Shown here one piece after another: positions 18,776-27,832 of a stretch of 64,000 nt of DNA. Below the pieces are notes generated by a model. It searched no databases. It was given only the letters and a program-made list of their open reading frames with translations, and had not been told where the DNA came from. The stretch is from an uncultured delta proteobacterium (GTDB lineage: Bacteria; Desulfobacterota; Binatia; Binatales; Binataceae): contig CAWJET010000001.1 of the NCBI GenBank assembly GCA_963842085.1, positions 640,001 through 704,000 of the forward strand. Direction: 5' to 3'. How positions within the stretch are numbered: position 1 is the first letter of the stretch; every line of letters begins with the position of its first letter. A program made the position numbers and the translations under genes.

Positions 18776-19669
18776 TCAGAGTGAGTGCGCGCTGCGCACG
18801 TCCACGACTCCCCACAGCATCGCGCGATCACAAGCGGCGTAGTTGGTGGCAAGTTCAGGCGGCGGCTCGCCAAAGCTTCGCAACACGACGACAGCGTCTT
18901 TCGTCGCCGCGCGGTGGACGGCCCGCAAAAGCCGAATCCGGTAAGAAGGATCCGCGCCATCGAGGATGTTCGAGAGCGAGAACGCGTCAAAGAAACCTGC
19001 CGGGCACGACTCCAGGTACGCAGCCGCGTCCGCAAGCACGAACTGAATGCGGGGCACTTTCGGCCGGAGTTCGTGCTCGTCGTCAGTTTCACCCAGGAGC
19101 AGTGCGCGGGCGTAAGGGTTGGTCGCGTTCGCATGCCGGGCGAAGCCCCGCTCCAGCCGGCTTCGAAGCACCGCGCCGAACTTTGCGGGCAAGAACGAAA
19201 GGAACTGCGGCGCGTAAACGATGCGCAGGATGGCGGGCGACATCAGCGCATCGAAGCTTGCGCGGAAACGGCGAGTGTCGAGATGCGCGCGCCAGAACGC
19301 AACCTGTTCCGTCACATTGGAGAGAGCGAGAAAGGAACGAATGACCCCGTCGCGCCAGCCCACGAGCGGCAGAAAGGCGCGCGCGAAGGCCATCGCCCGT
19401 TCAGCGTCGCCAACCTCTGCGGCGGCGCCTCGGACGCGGCGCTCTGCGTACGCCAGTTGCGCCGGGTTGATGTCGCAAGCAACGACTTCGTGGCGATCGC
19501 AGAGCCGCATCGCCGTGCAGCCGGCCGACGCGATGCAAAACACGCGCTCCTTGCTTCGGAACGCCGCTCGCTCGATCTCGGTGTCTTCGTACATGTGTCC
19601 GAACAGCAAGCGGTGAGGACCGAGCGCGGTGCCGAGGCGTCCCGCGCGCCACGGCGTTTCCAGACTCAC
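18776..19669 (-). CDS. DUF3419/BtaA-like SAM-dependent transferase
   Basis: FGHMYED.EIE, FCIASAGCTA, DINPAQL, FSLSNILD; GTG start overlaps the DoxX stop (GTGA). Confidence 0.7.
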   Translation of the reverse strand: MSLETPWRAGRLGTALGPHRLLFGHMYEDTEIERAAFRSKERVFCIASAGCTAMRLCDRHEVVACDINPAQLAYAERRVRGAAAEVGDAERAMAFARAFLPLVGWRDGVIRSFLALSNVTEQVAFWRAHLDTRRFRASFDALMSPAILRIVYAPQFLSFLPAKFGAVLRSRLERGFARHANATNPYARALLLGETDDEHELRPKVPRIQFVLADAAAYLESCPAGFFDAFSLSNILDGADPSYRIRLLRAVHRAATKDAVVVLRSFGEPPPELATNYAACDRAMLWGVVDVRSAHSL

Positions 19670-20061
19670 AGCCACCCTCCCGGAATTGCGCCGCACACCC
19701 AAGCCAGCACGAGGAAGGCTGCGTTCTTTACGATCATGCCGGCGGGATCGGGGATGATGTCGCGCGCCCACAGCAGCCCGTTGAGATTGAGGACGACCAG
19801 CAAGACGACCTCCACAATCGCGCAGGCGCCGGGATGAATTCCGGACAGCACCCACGCGGCCAGCGCAACCTCAACAACGCCGAGCACTCTGAGAAACAAT
19901 TGACCGAATCGTTGGCCGAACCTCGGCACGCTCGCGACAACTTGCGCCTCCAGGGCGGCGCGGCCGAGAACCTTGCACCACAGCCCCTCGTACAGCCAGA
20001 CGGCGGCGACGGCGCCGCGCATTACAATTAGTGGCGGGAACGCGATTGCGACGTCGTGCAT
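19666..20061 (-). CDS. DoxX-like membrane protein
   Basis: AAVWLYEGLWCKVLG, multiple TM helices, DP.GMIVKN. Confidence 0.8.
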   Translation of the reverse strand: MHDVAIAFPPLIVMRGAVAAVWLYEGLWCKVLGRAALEAQVVASVPRFGQRFGQLFLRVLGVVEVALAAWVLSGIHPGACAIVEVVLLVVLNLNGLLWARDIIPDPAGMIVKNAAFLVLAWVCGAIPGGWL

Positions 20062-20708
20062 GCGGCTTCCTGTGGAGGAATGCCCTTCGGCATCGAGCGT
20101 TCCGCGATTGCGGAGCGCTTCGACGACCGTGCGCGAGGGAGTGAGGCGCGCATACCGCCGAGGATGTGGCGGTGAAGCTCATGAGCCAGAAACCGTTCAA
20201 AAGGACGCCAGAAGTAGCGCGGCCGCAGATGTCCCCGGTAATTCGTGGTAAGCACGACCTCAGTCTGGTCGCCGCGGGATCGAAGCTCATACGAACCTCC
20301 AAGCGTCGTGACACAGCCTTCGATCCCAAGGTGCTGCTCGGTCACTTCGAATTGCACGAGGCGGGGTGGCTCAACGACCTTGATGCGCTTCACCATGTCT
20401 CCGCCCTTGTACCTGCACTGGACGGACGCTCCAACGCAGGTCTTGTCGCCTTCGGTCCTCACCGGATGCGGCAGCAGGACCCGCAGAAGAAGTGGCGGCC
20501 GCACCGGGACTTCCTCGTACGACAGCATTTGTTGCCAGACTGTTTCGGGGCTCGCGTGAAAGTGAACCGAGGTAGCGACTATCTCGGTCGCAGCGTTTCG
20601 CGAGAAGAGACGCCCCACGAGGCTGAGCCATCTCTCTCTGCGAGGCTTTGGCCGCGGCACCGTCGAGCTCGCGCTCGTAACTGATGTGTCGTCGTTCCCA
20701 CCGGTCAT
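20028..20708 (-). CDS. SRPBCC/START-domain protein
   Basis: ASPETVW...VEPPRLVQF...T.VVLTT.Y...C-terminal helix; start MTGGND with GGAGAG RBS. Confidence 0.7.
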   Translation of the reverse strand: MTGGNDDTSVTSASSTVPRPKPRRERWLSLVGRLFSRNAATEIVATSVHFHASPETVWQQMLSYEEVPVRPPLLLRVLLPHPVRTEGDKTCVGASVQCRYKGGDMVKRIKVVEPPRLVQFEVTEQHLGIEGCVTTLGGSYELRSRGDQTEVVLTTNYRGHLRPRYFWRPFERFLAHELHRHILGGMRASLPRARSSKRSAIAERSMPKGIPPQEAACTTSQSRSRH

Positions 20709-20820
20709 TGGCAATCTCTCCACTTCAGGGTTAAGGGTGAAGGGTTTGCGCGAACAGGATGAGGGGTCAAGGTTCAACGGGTAATTTCCGGTGAGATAGC
20801 CAGTCGCGACATTGATATTG

Positions 20821-21231
20821 TCAGTCTTGTTCCCGACGTGGCGTACTCCGCAGGCGCTCCGCGACCAGATCGGCGAGCCGTTCGTAGTCGATTTCGGGGG
20901 TCGCGGAACTCTGCGGACTGGACCTGAGCCGATCGGCCGTATGGCGAGCCGCGACGGCGAGTTCGTCGAAGAAACGAGCGTTGCCGTCCAGCAAACCATC
21001 CGCCAGGTTGCGCGGCAGTCCGGCATTACCGGCATCCTCGTTAAGTCTGGCGGACAACGCTTGAAACGCAGCCGCTGAGGCAGCGGCAATACCACCGAGG
21101 ATCTCGGATACCACGGTAGTGGCGTTTCGAGCGGGATCGGACATAAAGTCCTCAAGCTTGGAGGAGCGCTCGGACGCGGGTTTCTTCAAATCAAATTGAG
21201 CTGCGGATTCTCTTTTCGTTTCTTCTTGCAT
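20821..21231 (-). CDS. Hypothetical helical protein
   Basis: 136-aa ORF 19 nt downstream of ubiB-like gene, GAGG RBS; amphipathic helices, IDYERLADLVAERL tail. Confidence 0.6.
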   Translation of the reverse strand: MQEETKRESAAQFDLKKPASERSSKLEDFMSDPARNATTVVSEILGGIAAASAAAFQALSARLNEDAGNAGLPRNLADGLLDGNARFFDELAVAARHTADRLRSSPQSSATPEIDYERLADLVAERLRSTPRREQD

Positions 21232-21250
21232 TTTTTGCCTCGATTTTCCG

Positions 21251-22951
21251 TCATTCGCCTTCCAGACCCGACTCCAGCCGCGATAGCAGTCTCAAAAGAA
21301 TCAGCGTAATCACCACGATCAGCAGCAATCGATTGGTAGCGAAATCCATGAGGTGATGAGACCACGAACTCTGCGGCCAAATCAACGTCGAGATGGCGAG
21401 CGCACTTGCCAGGAACAGCAGGCGCTTCAACGATCGAACCGCCAGAAGAAAAGATCGTTCAAGAGCGCTAAGGTTACCCTGGTAAGTTCGTCCGGTTTCA
21501 CTTAATCGCCAGGCCCAATCGATCACCTGGCGAGCAGCCGCAGGCACGTCTGAAATCACTTCAGCCGTCAGTGCGAATGCTGAAGGGCTATAGACTGAGA
21601 ACGCCTTTCTCAACTGCCTGGCGCTCTCGTCGACCGCGAACTCCCTCAGAACCACGGTCCAATCGACTTGAGGATCAAGGCTGAGCATCGCACTATCGCC
21701 AACGATCATCGCCCGGTAGAGGCGGGTAAGAGCGGTTGGCAAGGTGATTCCCCATCGGCGGACTGCCTTAAAGACGTTCATGAGAAAGACACCAATGCTT
21801 TTTTCCGCGGCGGAGGCCCAAGGATCTTTTGAGCTCGCGATCCATTCCGCGATGGCGTATTTCGTAGATAGCTCAAAACTGGTCAGATCCCGGGCCGGAA
21901 GGGGTTCCAGAGTTTCCAGCAGAGCCTGGTAGGCGCGATCGACGTCATCTTGTGCGACAGCCAGACGCAAGCTGAATTGTTGGCGCCAGGTTCGTTCGTC
22001 GAGCACGCCGACTATGCCGAAGTCAACCCATCCCAGGGTGCCGCCCTTTAACACGATAAGGTTGGCCGGATGCGGATCGGCATTGTAAATGCGATGTCCA
22101 ATGGTCTGCTCGAGAAACGAGCGAAGCACCAGTCTCGCTGTTCGCTCCGGGGAGATCCCGATCGCTCGCCACGCTGCAAGTCTTTCGGTGTCGTTCGACG
22201 CGACGGCGTCGATAAGCTCTTTGACCGATACTCCCTCGAAACGCTCAAGGGTGATTATATTGTCGTTGGACAATTGCCTGAACACGGCGGGGGCGCGATG
22301 ATCGATTTCATCCGATGCCAGAAGCTGCTGCATCTGATGAGTGCTGCGTGCTTCACGTCGAAAATCCAGTTCTTCTCGGGTAAGTTCGGCCAGGCCTTGG
22401 ACTATGGAAGCCAGATCCACGCCCGGTATCAGCGGAATTACTGACAAGAGTCTCAAGAGGGACAAGTCCGCTTGAAGGAGGCGGACGATACCGGGTCTTC
22501 GTACTTTTATGACGACCGCGGTGCCGTCGTGCAGAGTGGCTGCATGGACCTGAGCGATAGAAGCTGACGCGAGCGGCGCCGGCTCGATCTTCGCGAATTG
22601 GCTGAAGAGGTCCGCTCCAAGACTGACGCGTACTATTCGCAGGATCGTGTTGGACGGCAACGGGCGAACCTGATCGAGAAGGGTCATCAACTCACGACAG
22701 TACTCTGATGCAACCAAGTCAAGACGCGTCGCCAGAAACTGTCCGAGCTTTACAAAACCACCGCCCATGCGTTCCAGGTAGGCGCGCAGAAGCCGTGCGG
22801 CCCGCCTTCTGCTAATGACGTCAAGCATACCGACCATCAGCGCCAGTGGCGGCAGTGTCGCCAAAATTAACAGGCCTCGCCCCAATGTGAACAGGACGCC
22901 AAACGGGCGTCGTATCAGGAGCAATAAGTCTGGGCCGTCGTCGCGCCGCAC
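21251..22951 (-). CDS. AarF/UbiB/ABC1 atypical kinase
   Basis: KLGQ, ASASIAQVH, VIKV.RP, ELDF.REA, ADPHPAN, DFG; C-terminal TM helices. Confidence 0.92.
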   Translation of the reverse strand: MRRDDGPDLLLLIRRPFGVLFTLGRGLLILATLPPLALMVGMLDVISRRRAARLLRAYLERMGGGFVKLGQFLATRLDLVASEYCRELMTLLDQVRPLPSNTILRIVRVSLGADLFSQFAKIEPAPLASASIAQVHAATLHDGTAVVIKVRRPGIVRLLQADLSLLRLLSVIPLIPGVDLASIVQGLAELTREELDFRREARSTHQMQQLLASDEIDHRAPAVFRQLSNDNIITLERFEGVSVKELIDAVASNDTERLAAWRAIGISPERTARLVLRSFLEQTIGHRIYNADPHPANLIVLKGGTLGWVDFGIVGVLDERTWRQQFSLRLAVAQDDVDRAYQALLETLEPLPARDLTSFELSTKYAIAEWIASSKDPWASAAEKSIGVFLMNVFKAVRRWGITLPTALTRLYRAMIVGDSAMLSLDPQVDWTVVLREFAVDESARQLRKAFSVYSPSAFALTAEVISDVPAAARQVIDWAWRLSETGRTYQGNLSALERSFLLAVRSLKRLLFLASALAISTLIWPQSSWSHHLMDFATNRLLLIVVITLILLRLLSRLESGLEGE

Positions 22952-22988
22952 TGGAGTTATCTATAGGACTGTCGTTGTAAGGCTGAAG

Positions 22989-23849
22989 TTAGATTCCGGC
23001 AAAGAAAGCTATCAGCGTCACAGCAAGCAGAAAGAAGCCGATGCCGACAGTGACGATCGCAATGACTCCGGCAAAATTATTGAGCCAGCGCGGCGGTTTG
23101 TCAGCCTCAACTTGCTTGAACTCGTTATGCTCGGCCAGGCGCTGGTACTCCAGGGGCCGTTCAAGGCGCAACTCATCGCCGCTTACCCGGCCGGTAAAGA
23201 TCACCGGATCCATCGGAAATTTCTCGGGCCGCAGGTGGGTGTTGAAATAATGGATGATGAAGATGAACCATACTGCGAGCAGCGCTTCTTCGCCATGGAT
23301 AAGCAGCGCCACGTTGAGCATGTAGCCGGGCATGAACCGCGCAAAGAAAGGCGCAAACCACATCATGTACCCGCTCAGCCCGATCATAGCCAGTCCCCAA
23401 AAGACCGCCCAGTAGTCGAATTTCTCCCAGTAGGTGTAGCGGGCGAAACTCGGCTTCGGTCCCAGCCAGAAAAACCACTTGAAATGCCGATAGAGGTCGA
23501 AAAGGTCCTGGGGTTGCGGGACTAACGAGGTCGGTCCCCAGAACATCCCTCGTTCGCCCTTGATGAGACCGCGGTAAAGGACTTGGCCTACATGGAAGAC
23601 GAAGCCCGCTGTCAGCAGCACGCCGCAAAGCTTGTGAAGGAAGAGAACGGCGCCAAAGCCGCCCATCGTATCGGTGATGTCCTTCGCCCACAGCGTGTCG
23701 CTGAAGCGCAGGGGCATCCCGGTAGCTGCCAGCCCAATGAATGTCACCATGAGGAGAGCATGAAGAAAACGCGGCCCCAGCGTAAACCGGAAGTAATAAT
23801 CGGTGGCCGGCTTGTCGGCGTTCATATTCTCTCCCGCAAAGCTCGCCAT
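22989..23849 (-). CDS. Di-heme cytochrome b membrane subunit (FdnI/CbcL C-terminal type)
   Basis: RFLH.L...TGMP, FLHK, FHV, YTYWEKFDYWAVFWG, IHGEEALLA..FIF.IHYFNTHLRPEKFPMD. Confidence 0.88.
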   Translation of the reverse strand: MASFAGENMNADKPATDYYFRFTLGPRFLHALLMVTFIGLAATGMPLRFSDTLWAKDITDTMGGFGAVLFLHKLCGVLLTAGFVFHVGQVLYRGLIKGERGMFWGPTSLVPQPQDLFDLYRHFKWFFWLGPKPSFARYTYWEKFDYWAVFWGLAMIGLSGYMMWFAPFFARFMPGYMLNVALLIHGEEALLAVWFIFIIHYFNTHLRPEKFPMDPVIFTGRVSGDELRLERPLEYQRLAEHNEFKQVEADKPPRWLNNFAGVIAIVTVGIGFFLLAVTLIAFFAGI

Positions 23850-23870
23850 TCCCGCAAACCCCCGGACGGC

Positions 23871-25061
23871 CTAACTGCGCCGCCTCTCAGACCATGAGCG
23901 CACAAACCACAATAGCGTATGCAATCCGAAGAACGCGAACACGGACAGCAGTATCAGGTTCATAGCCCACGCGGCGTAGTAAAGGACCGGATTCAGCGCG
24001 CGATCATGAGGATTGGGGTGAGGCTCGTAGCTAACGAAGCTTTTAGTACCACCGCGATGGCACTTGCCACAGGTGGAGAGCAGATTCTGCGGTGCAATTG
24101 AAGACCTGGGATCCGATAGGGGCAGAATAAGGTGGCTTTGGTGACAGCTCCAGCAACTCGCGGTCGCCACGAACCCGAGTGCGGTCACCTGTCCGTGGAA
24201 AGTATCCCGATAACTCGCCAGCCGCTCTTTGTGGCAGTTCCCGCAGGTTGCCACCGACCGCGTCTGCCACGCGGCCGTCTGAACCCTGGCGATGCGATGC
24301 ACGGTGTGGCAGTTGGTGCAGACCGGCGCCGCGGCGTTGCCGGCGTTGAGGGCCTTGCCATGTACGCCCTCGAAGTAGCGTGCTTCGATATCGGCGTGGC
24401 ACGAGCCGCAAGTGGCCGGGACGTTTTTGCGGTAGGTTCGGCTTTGCGGGTCGTTCGGGCTTAGAATGCGATGGCTCCCGTGACAACTGGCGCAGCTTGC
24501 GGCGACCAAAAGGCCGTCCCTGGTGAGAGCGAAGCCGTGGATTGAATCGATATAGAGCCCGTAGACATTGGTGATGCCGTAACGCCGGGCCATCGCTGGA
24601 CTTCCGTGACAACGTCCGCAGGTTCGCGGAAGGTTGAGCGGGTAGACTGGGGACTGGGGATTGCTCTTAGATAAGATCTCGTGTGGGTTACCGTGACAGT
24701 TAAGACAGGCTGGGTACTTGAGCGCCTGCTGGTCCCATTTCGCTGCGTGGATGCTCGCGCCGAAATCCTTGGCGGCATCGCCGTGGCACTTATCGCAGTC
24801 GACCTTGTCGGGTTTGGGAATATGTGGAAATGCCTTGACGTCCGAGTGGCAGAACGCACAGCCGAACGGACCATGCGCTGAGGACTGGAAAGGCGCCGCG
24901 CTTACATACAGGCTGACCGGTTCGCCCTTTTGAGCCGTGGTGGGCGCAACATTGTGACAGTTCAGGCAATCCTTCGTAGCCAGCGGCGCCGCCGCATTTG
25001 CCACGCCCCACGCCACGGCCACGAGCGCCATCACAATGAGATGTCTGGCTCTTGTGAGCAT
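23871..25061 (-). CDS. 11-heme c-type cytochrome with C-terminal TM helix (CbcL N-terminal type)
   Basis: 11 CxxCH motifs, signal peptide, C-terminal FFGLHTLLW helix. Confidence 0.9.
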   Translation of the reverse strand: MLTRARHLIVMALVAVAWGVANAAAPLATKDCLNCHNVAPTTAQKGEPVSLYVSAAPFQSSAHGPFGCAFCHSDVKAFPHIPKPDKVDCDKCHGDAAKDFGASIHAAKWDQQALKYPACLNCHGNPHEILSKSNPQSPVYPLNLPRTCGRCHGSPAMARRYGITNVYGLYIDSIHGFALTRDGLLVAASCASCHGSHRILSPNDPQSRTYRKNVPATCGSCHADIEARYFEGVHGKALNAGNAAAPVCTNCHTVHRIARVQTAAWQTRSVATCGNCHKERLASYRDTFHGQVTALGFVATASCWSCHQSHLILPLSDPRSSIAPQNLLSTCGKCHRGGTKSFVSYEPHPNPHDRALNPVLYYAAWAMNLILLSVFAFFGLHTLLWFVRSWSERRRS

Positions 25062-25207
25062 CAACACCAAAGCCCCGCCGGCGCTATCCCCCGCCGCCAC
25101 CGCTACGACAAGCCTCGCATGGGACATTTCCTGGTGAAATTGCCGGCGTTTAGCGTGACTCCGATCGTATCGTCCCACTCATCGATCGCACCGTAACGCG
25201 CGGGGCG

Positions 25208-25759
25208 TCATTTGACCTGCTTGGTCGCGATGTAATCCACGATCTCGTTCACCCTTTGGCGTCTCTCTGCCTTGGTCAGGGGACCTTCATTCAGCCCGAA
25301 GGGGCCCGTCGGCGCGTAGAGGTCCAGGCTCCACACCGGCATCTTACGCGTGCCATGAGCAACCACAGTTTTCGTCCCGACCACGTAGTCGTAGATTTCG
25401 GCGCGCGGATACTTTCCGCCGTCATGCTTGGCAAGCAGGGTGAGATCTGATGGGGGCGTTTTCAATACTTTGGCTACTGGCCCGTCTCCGGTCAGGCTCT
25501 CTCCGTGGCAGCTCCCGCAATTGTATTCGTAGAGCAACTTGCCGATTTCCAATGCGCCTGCGGGAGCAGGCTGCTGGATTTCCTCGCCCTGTGAGCCTTG
25601 GGCCCAAGCAGTTGCAGAAAGGGCCGGAATCGGTGCCAGCATCAGCACGACTAGCGGAACAAACAATCTGGGCAAATGTTCCGAAAAGAGACCTCTTTTA
25701 CTTCCTGCGAGCGTCCAATGCACCGGAGGCCTTGCCTTCACAAGAGACTGCGTCAACAT
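25208..25759 (-). CDS. Monoheme class I cytochrome c
   Basis: CGSCHG...GDGP...AHGTRKMPVW; signal peptide; start uncertain. Confidence 0.88.
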   Translation of the reverse strand: MLTQSLVKARPPVHWTLAGSKRGLFSEHLPRLFVPLVVLMLAPIPALSATAWAQGSQGEEIQQPAPAGALEIGKLLYEYNCGSCHGESLTGDGPVAKVLKTPPSDLTLLAKHDGGKYPRAEIYDYVVGTKTVVAHGTRKMPVWSLDLYAPTGPFGLNEGPLTKAERRQRVNEIVDYIATKQVK

Positions 25760-25804
25760 TTTCCGCTTGCCTCCTTCCCCCGAACACGTACCAGGTGGCC
25801 GGGC

Positions 25805-25996
25805 TCAAAGGATCCCGTGTTCTCGCAGGTCTCTAAAGACGGAATACACATAGAGCAGAAAACCCAGAGCGAATAAGGGAATGCCGAAAAAGAAAAACAG
25901 GCACATTGTGATCGGCGTGGTTTCGACGATGCATGGAACTGCGAGTAGAAATCCAAGACTGGCAGAGATCAGGGCGGCCGATATCAATGTTAGCAT
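25805..25996 (-). CDS. Small two-TM membrane protein downstream of napC-like gene
   Basis: 63 aa, two hydrophobic helices, starts 3 nt after the napC-like stop. Confidence 0.65.
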   Translation of the reverse strand: MLTLISAALISASLGFLLAVPCIVETTPITMCLFFFFGIPLFALGFLLYVYSVFRDLREHGIL

Positions 25997-25999
25997 ATG

Positions 26000-26515
26000 C
26001 TATTTCTCTGGAGTGTGAATCGGCTGATGGCATGTAACGCAGCTGAGCTGGCTCGCCAGGATCGGCTTCATCACCGCGGCGTGCGCAGGATTGGTTCTGA
26101 AGTTTTCCGCCGGACCGTGGCACTGCAAGCAGTTCCCATTCGGGAAAGGTTTGTAGAGTTTAATTTGTTGCGGCATTCCTATGCCAGTGTAATAAATCGC
26201 CACATGCCTCATGCTTATAAGCTTCGTTTTAATCGGGCCCATAAAGCCGTAATCCGCATGGCAGGTATAGCATTGGTCATCGAGTATCCAGCGATTGCGG
26301 AAATGCATCGCGGCTAACGCCTTACTCTTCGGGTTGTGCAGATCATTCACCCATGGCGTCATAGTATGGCAATCAGCACAGAAGCTTACGTGTTCCGCCC
26401 GCTGGAACGACAGGGCGAACGTGGCAAGTACGAGCAGAGCCGGCGCGACTCCAAGGACAACCAGTAGCAGCAGTTTCTCTCGTATACTGGGTGCGCTATT
26501 AGCTGGCTGCATCAC
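26000..26515 (-). CDS. NapC/NirT/NrfH/CymA-family tetraheme quinol dehydrogenase
   Basis: One N-terminal TM helix; CADCHTM (CxxCHxM), CYTCH, CLQCH, CVTCH. Confidence 0.9.
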   Translation of the reverse strand: MMQPANSAPSIREKLLLLVVLGVAPALLVLATFALSFQRAEHVSFCADCHTMTPWVNDLHNPKSKALAAMHFRNRWILDDQCYTCHADYGFMGPIKTKLISMRHVAIYYTGIGMPQQIKLYKPFPNGNCLQCHGPAENFRTNPAHAAVMKPILASQLSCVTCHQPIHTPEK

Positions 26516-26865
26516 GAACCGAGGTGCCTGAGGTAATCGATCAAACCCTTGACCTGATCGTCGCTGAGATCCGGCGATGCCGGCATGGTCGGAGATTCAC
26601 CTACCGCTCCGCCCCCGCCTTTGATCACTTTGGCTATCCAATCATCGGTTCGGCCTTTGATCGCGTTCGCGATGGCCGCGGGCGGCGGCTGCAGGTACTT
26701 GCCCGCGGGACCATCGCCGCGCCCCGTATCACCGTGGCATGGAGCGCAACGCTCGGAATAAAGTGTGGCTGACGCGTCTGCCGCCAGCGCGCTGAAGTCG
26801 TAACACAGAGTTAAAGCGAGCGTTGAGCCGGCCATAATAAGGACTAGCGGAGTTAGATGGTTCAT
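26512..26865 (-). CDS. Monoheme cytochrome c (paralog of 31554..31997)
   Basis: Signal peptide; CAPCHG.TG.GDGP...GESPTMP. Confidence 0.9.
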   Translation of the reverse strand: MNHLTPLVLIMAGSTLALTLCYDFSALAADASATLYSERCAPCHGDTGRGDGPAGKYLQPPPAAIANAIKGRTDDWIAKVIKGGGGAVGESPTMPASPDLSDDQVKGLIDYLRHLGS

Positions 26866-26892
26866 GGCCCTGTCGACATCCTCGCATGAGTG

Positions 26893-27819
26893 TCATTGCG
26901 ACTTGCTGGCACCAGTGCTCTTCGCCGACTCATTTGAATCAATCTTGGCCAACAGCACATCGATCCTCGTGCGAGCCGCCTCTCCCGGCGCAAGCGCGCG
27001 TGCTCGCGACAGTGCCTGACGCGCATCGGGATTGTCATTGAGCATCAGGTACGCCGCCGCAAGGTTAAACTGAGCTGGAAAGAACCCGGGCTGGAGCGCG
27101 AGCGCCGCATGGTAGCGCGCGATCGCCTCGTGCGAGTTGTGCTGGGACAGATACATCGTGCCGAGGTCGGTAAGTACCCGCACGTCGTCCGGTTTAAGGC
27201 GCAAGTAGTGTTGATACGCGGCGATCGCTTTGTCGAAATGTCGTTGATCGAAGCATACGTTTCCCAGCCCGCGCAGCGCGTCGAGATTGTCGGGGTCGAG
27301 TTCGAGCACGTGAGCGAAGGCTTCACTGGCCTTGTCGTAATTGGCAGGGTCGAACGCCGCGGACCGGAAAACCACGTCGCCGAGACGGTTCCAAACTGCG
27401 ATGTCCTTTGGGTGGGCCTGGGCCTGTTTCTCCGCCTTGGCGATAAGCGCGCTGGTAGTGTGGTCCGCACCACCAACCATTGGATGCCCCGCCGGTAAGG
27501 AGACCGCCGGATGCCCGGGCGGCATAGTAGCTGCTTTTGCGTTCAAGACAGGTGCAGACGCTTTGACAGTTGCCTGTATGACGCCTGGCGAACGGTCGTG
27601 TCTCCCGGAAGTCACAAACACCGAGGTCAGAATTCCGCCGAGCAAAAATGCGCCGAGGACTGCGGCCATCCATGAAGTCGAGAACCCGCCGCGACGGGGC
27701 TGACTGCCGCTCGGCCGCCGTGATTCCTCCTCGCCACTCGCATCGACGCGATTGCCGCACTCAGCGCAGAACTTCGCGCCCATCGGAACCGGTGTCTCGC
27801 ATTGTGAGCAATCGGCCAT
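26893..27819 (-). CDS. Zinc-ribbon + TM + TPR protein (CycH/CcmI/NrfG-like maturation factor candidate)
   Basis: CSQC...FCAECG ribbon, TM helix, MPPGHP/LPAGHP motifs, several TPR repeats. Confidence 0.75.
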   Translation of the reverse strand: MADCSQCETPVPMGAKFCAECGNRVDASGEEESRRPSGSQPRRGGFSTSWMAAVLGAFLLGGILTSVFVTSGRHDRSPGVIQATVKASAPVLNAKAATMPPGHPAVSLPAGHPMVGGADHTTSALIAKAEKQAQAHPKDIAVWNRLGDVVFRSAAFDPANYDKASEAFAHVLELDPDNLDALRGLGNVCFDQRHFDKAIAAYQHYLRLKPDDVRVLTDLGTMYLSQHNSHEAIARYHAALALQPGFFPAQFNLAAAYLMLNDNPDARQALSRARALAPGEAARTRIDVLLAKIDSNESAKSTGASKSQ

Positions 27820-27832
27820 CGGTGGCTTTCGA

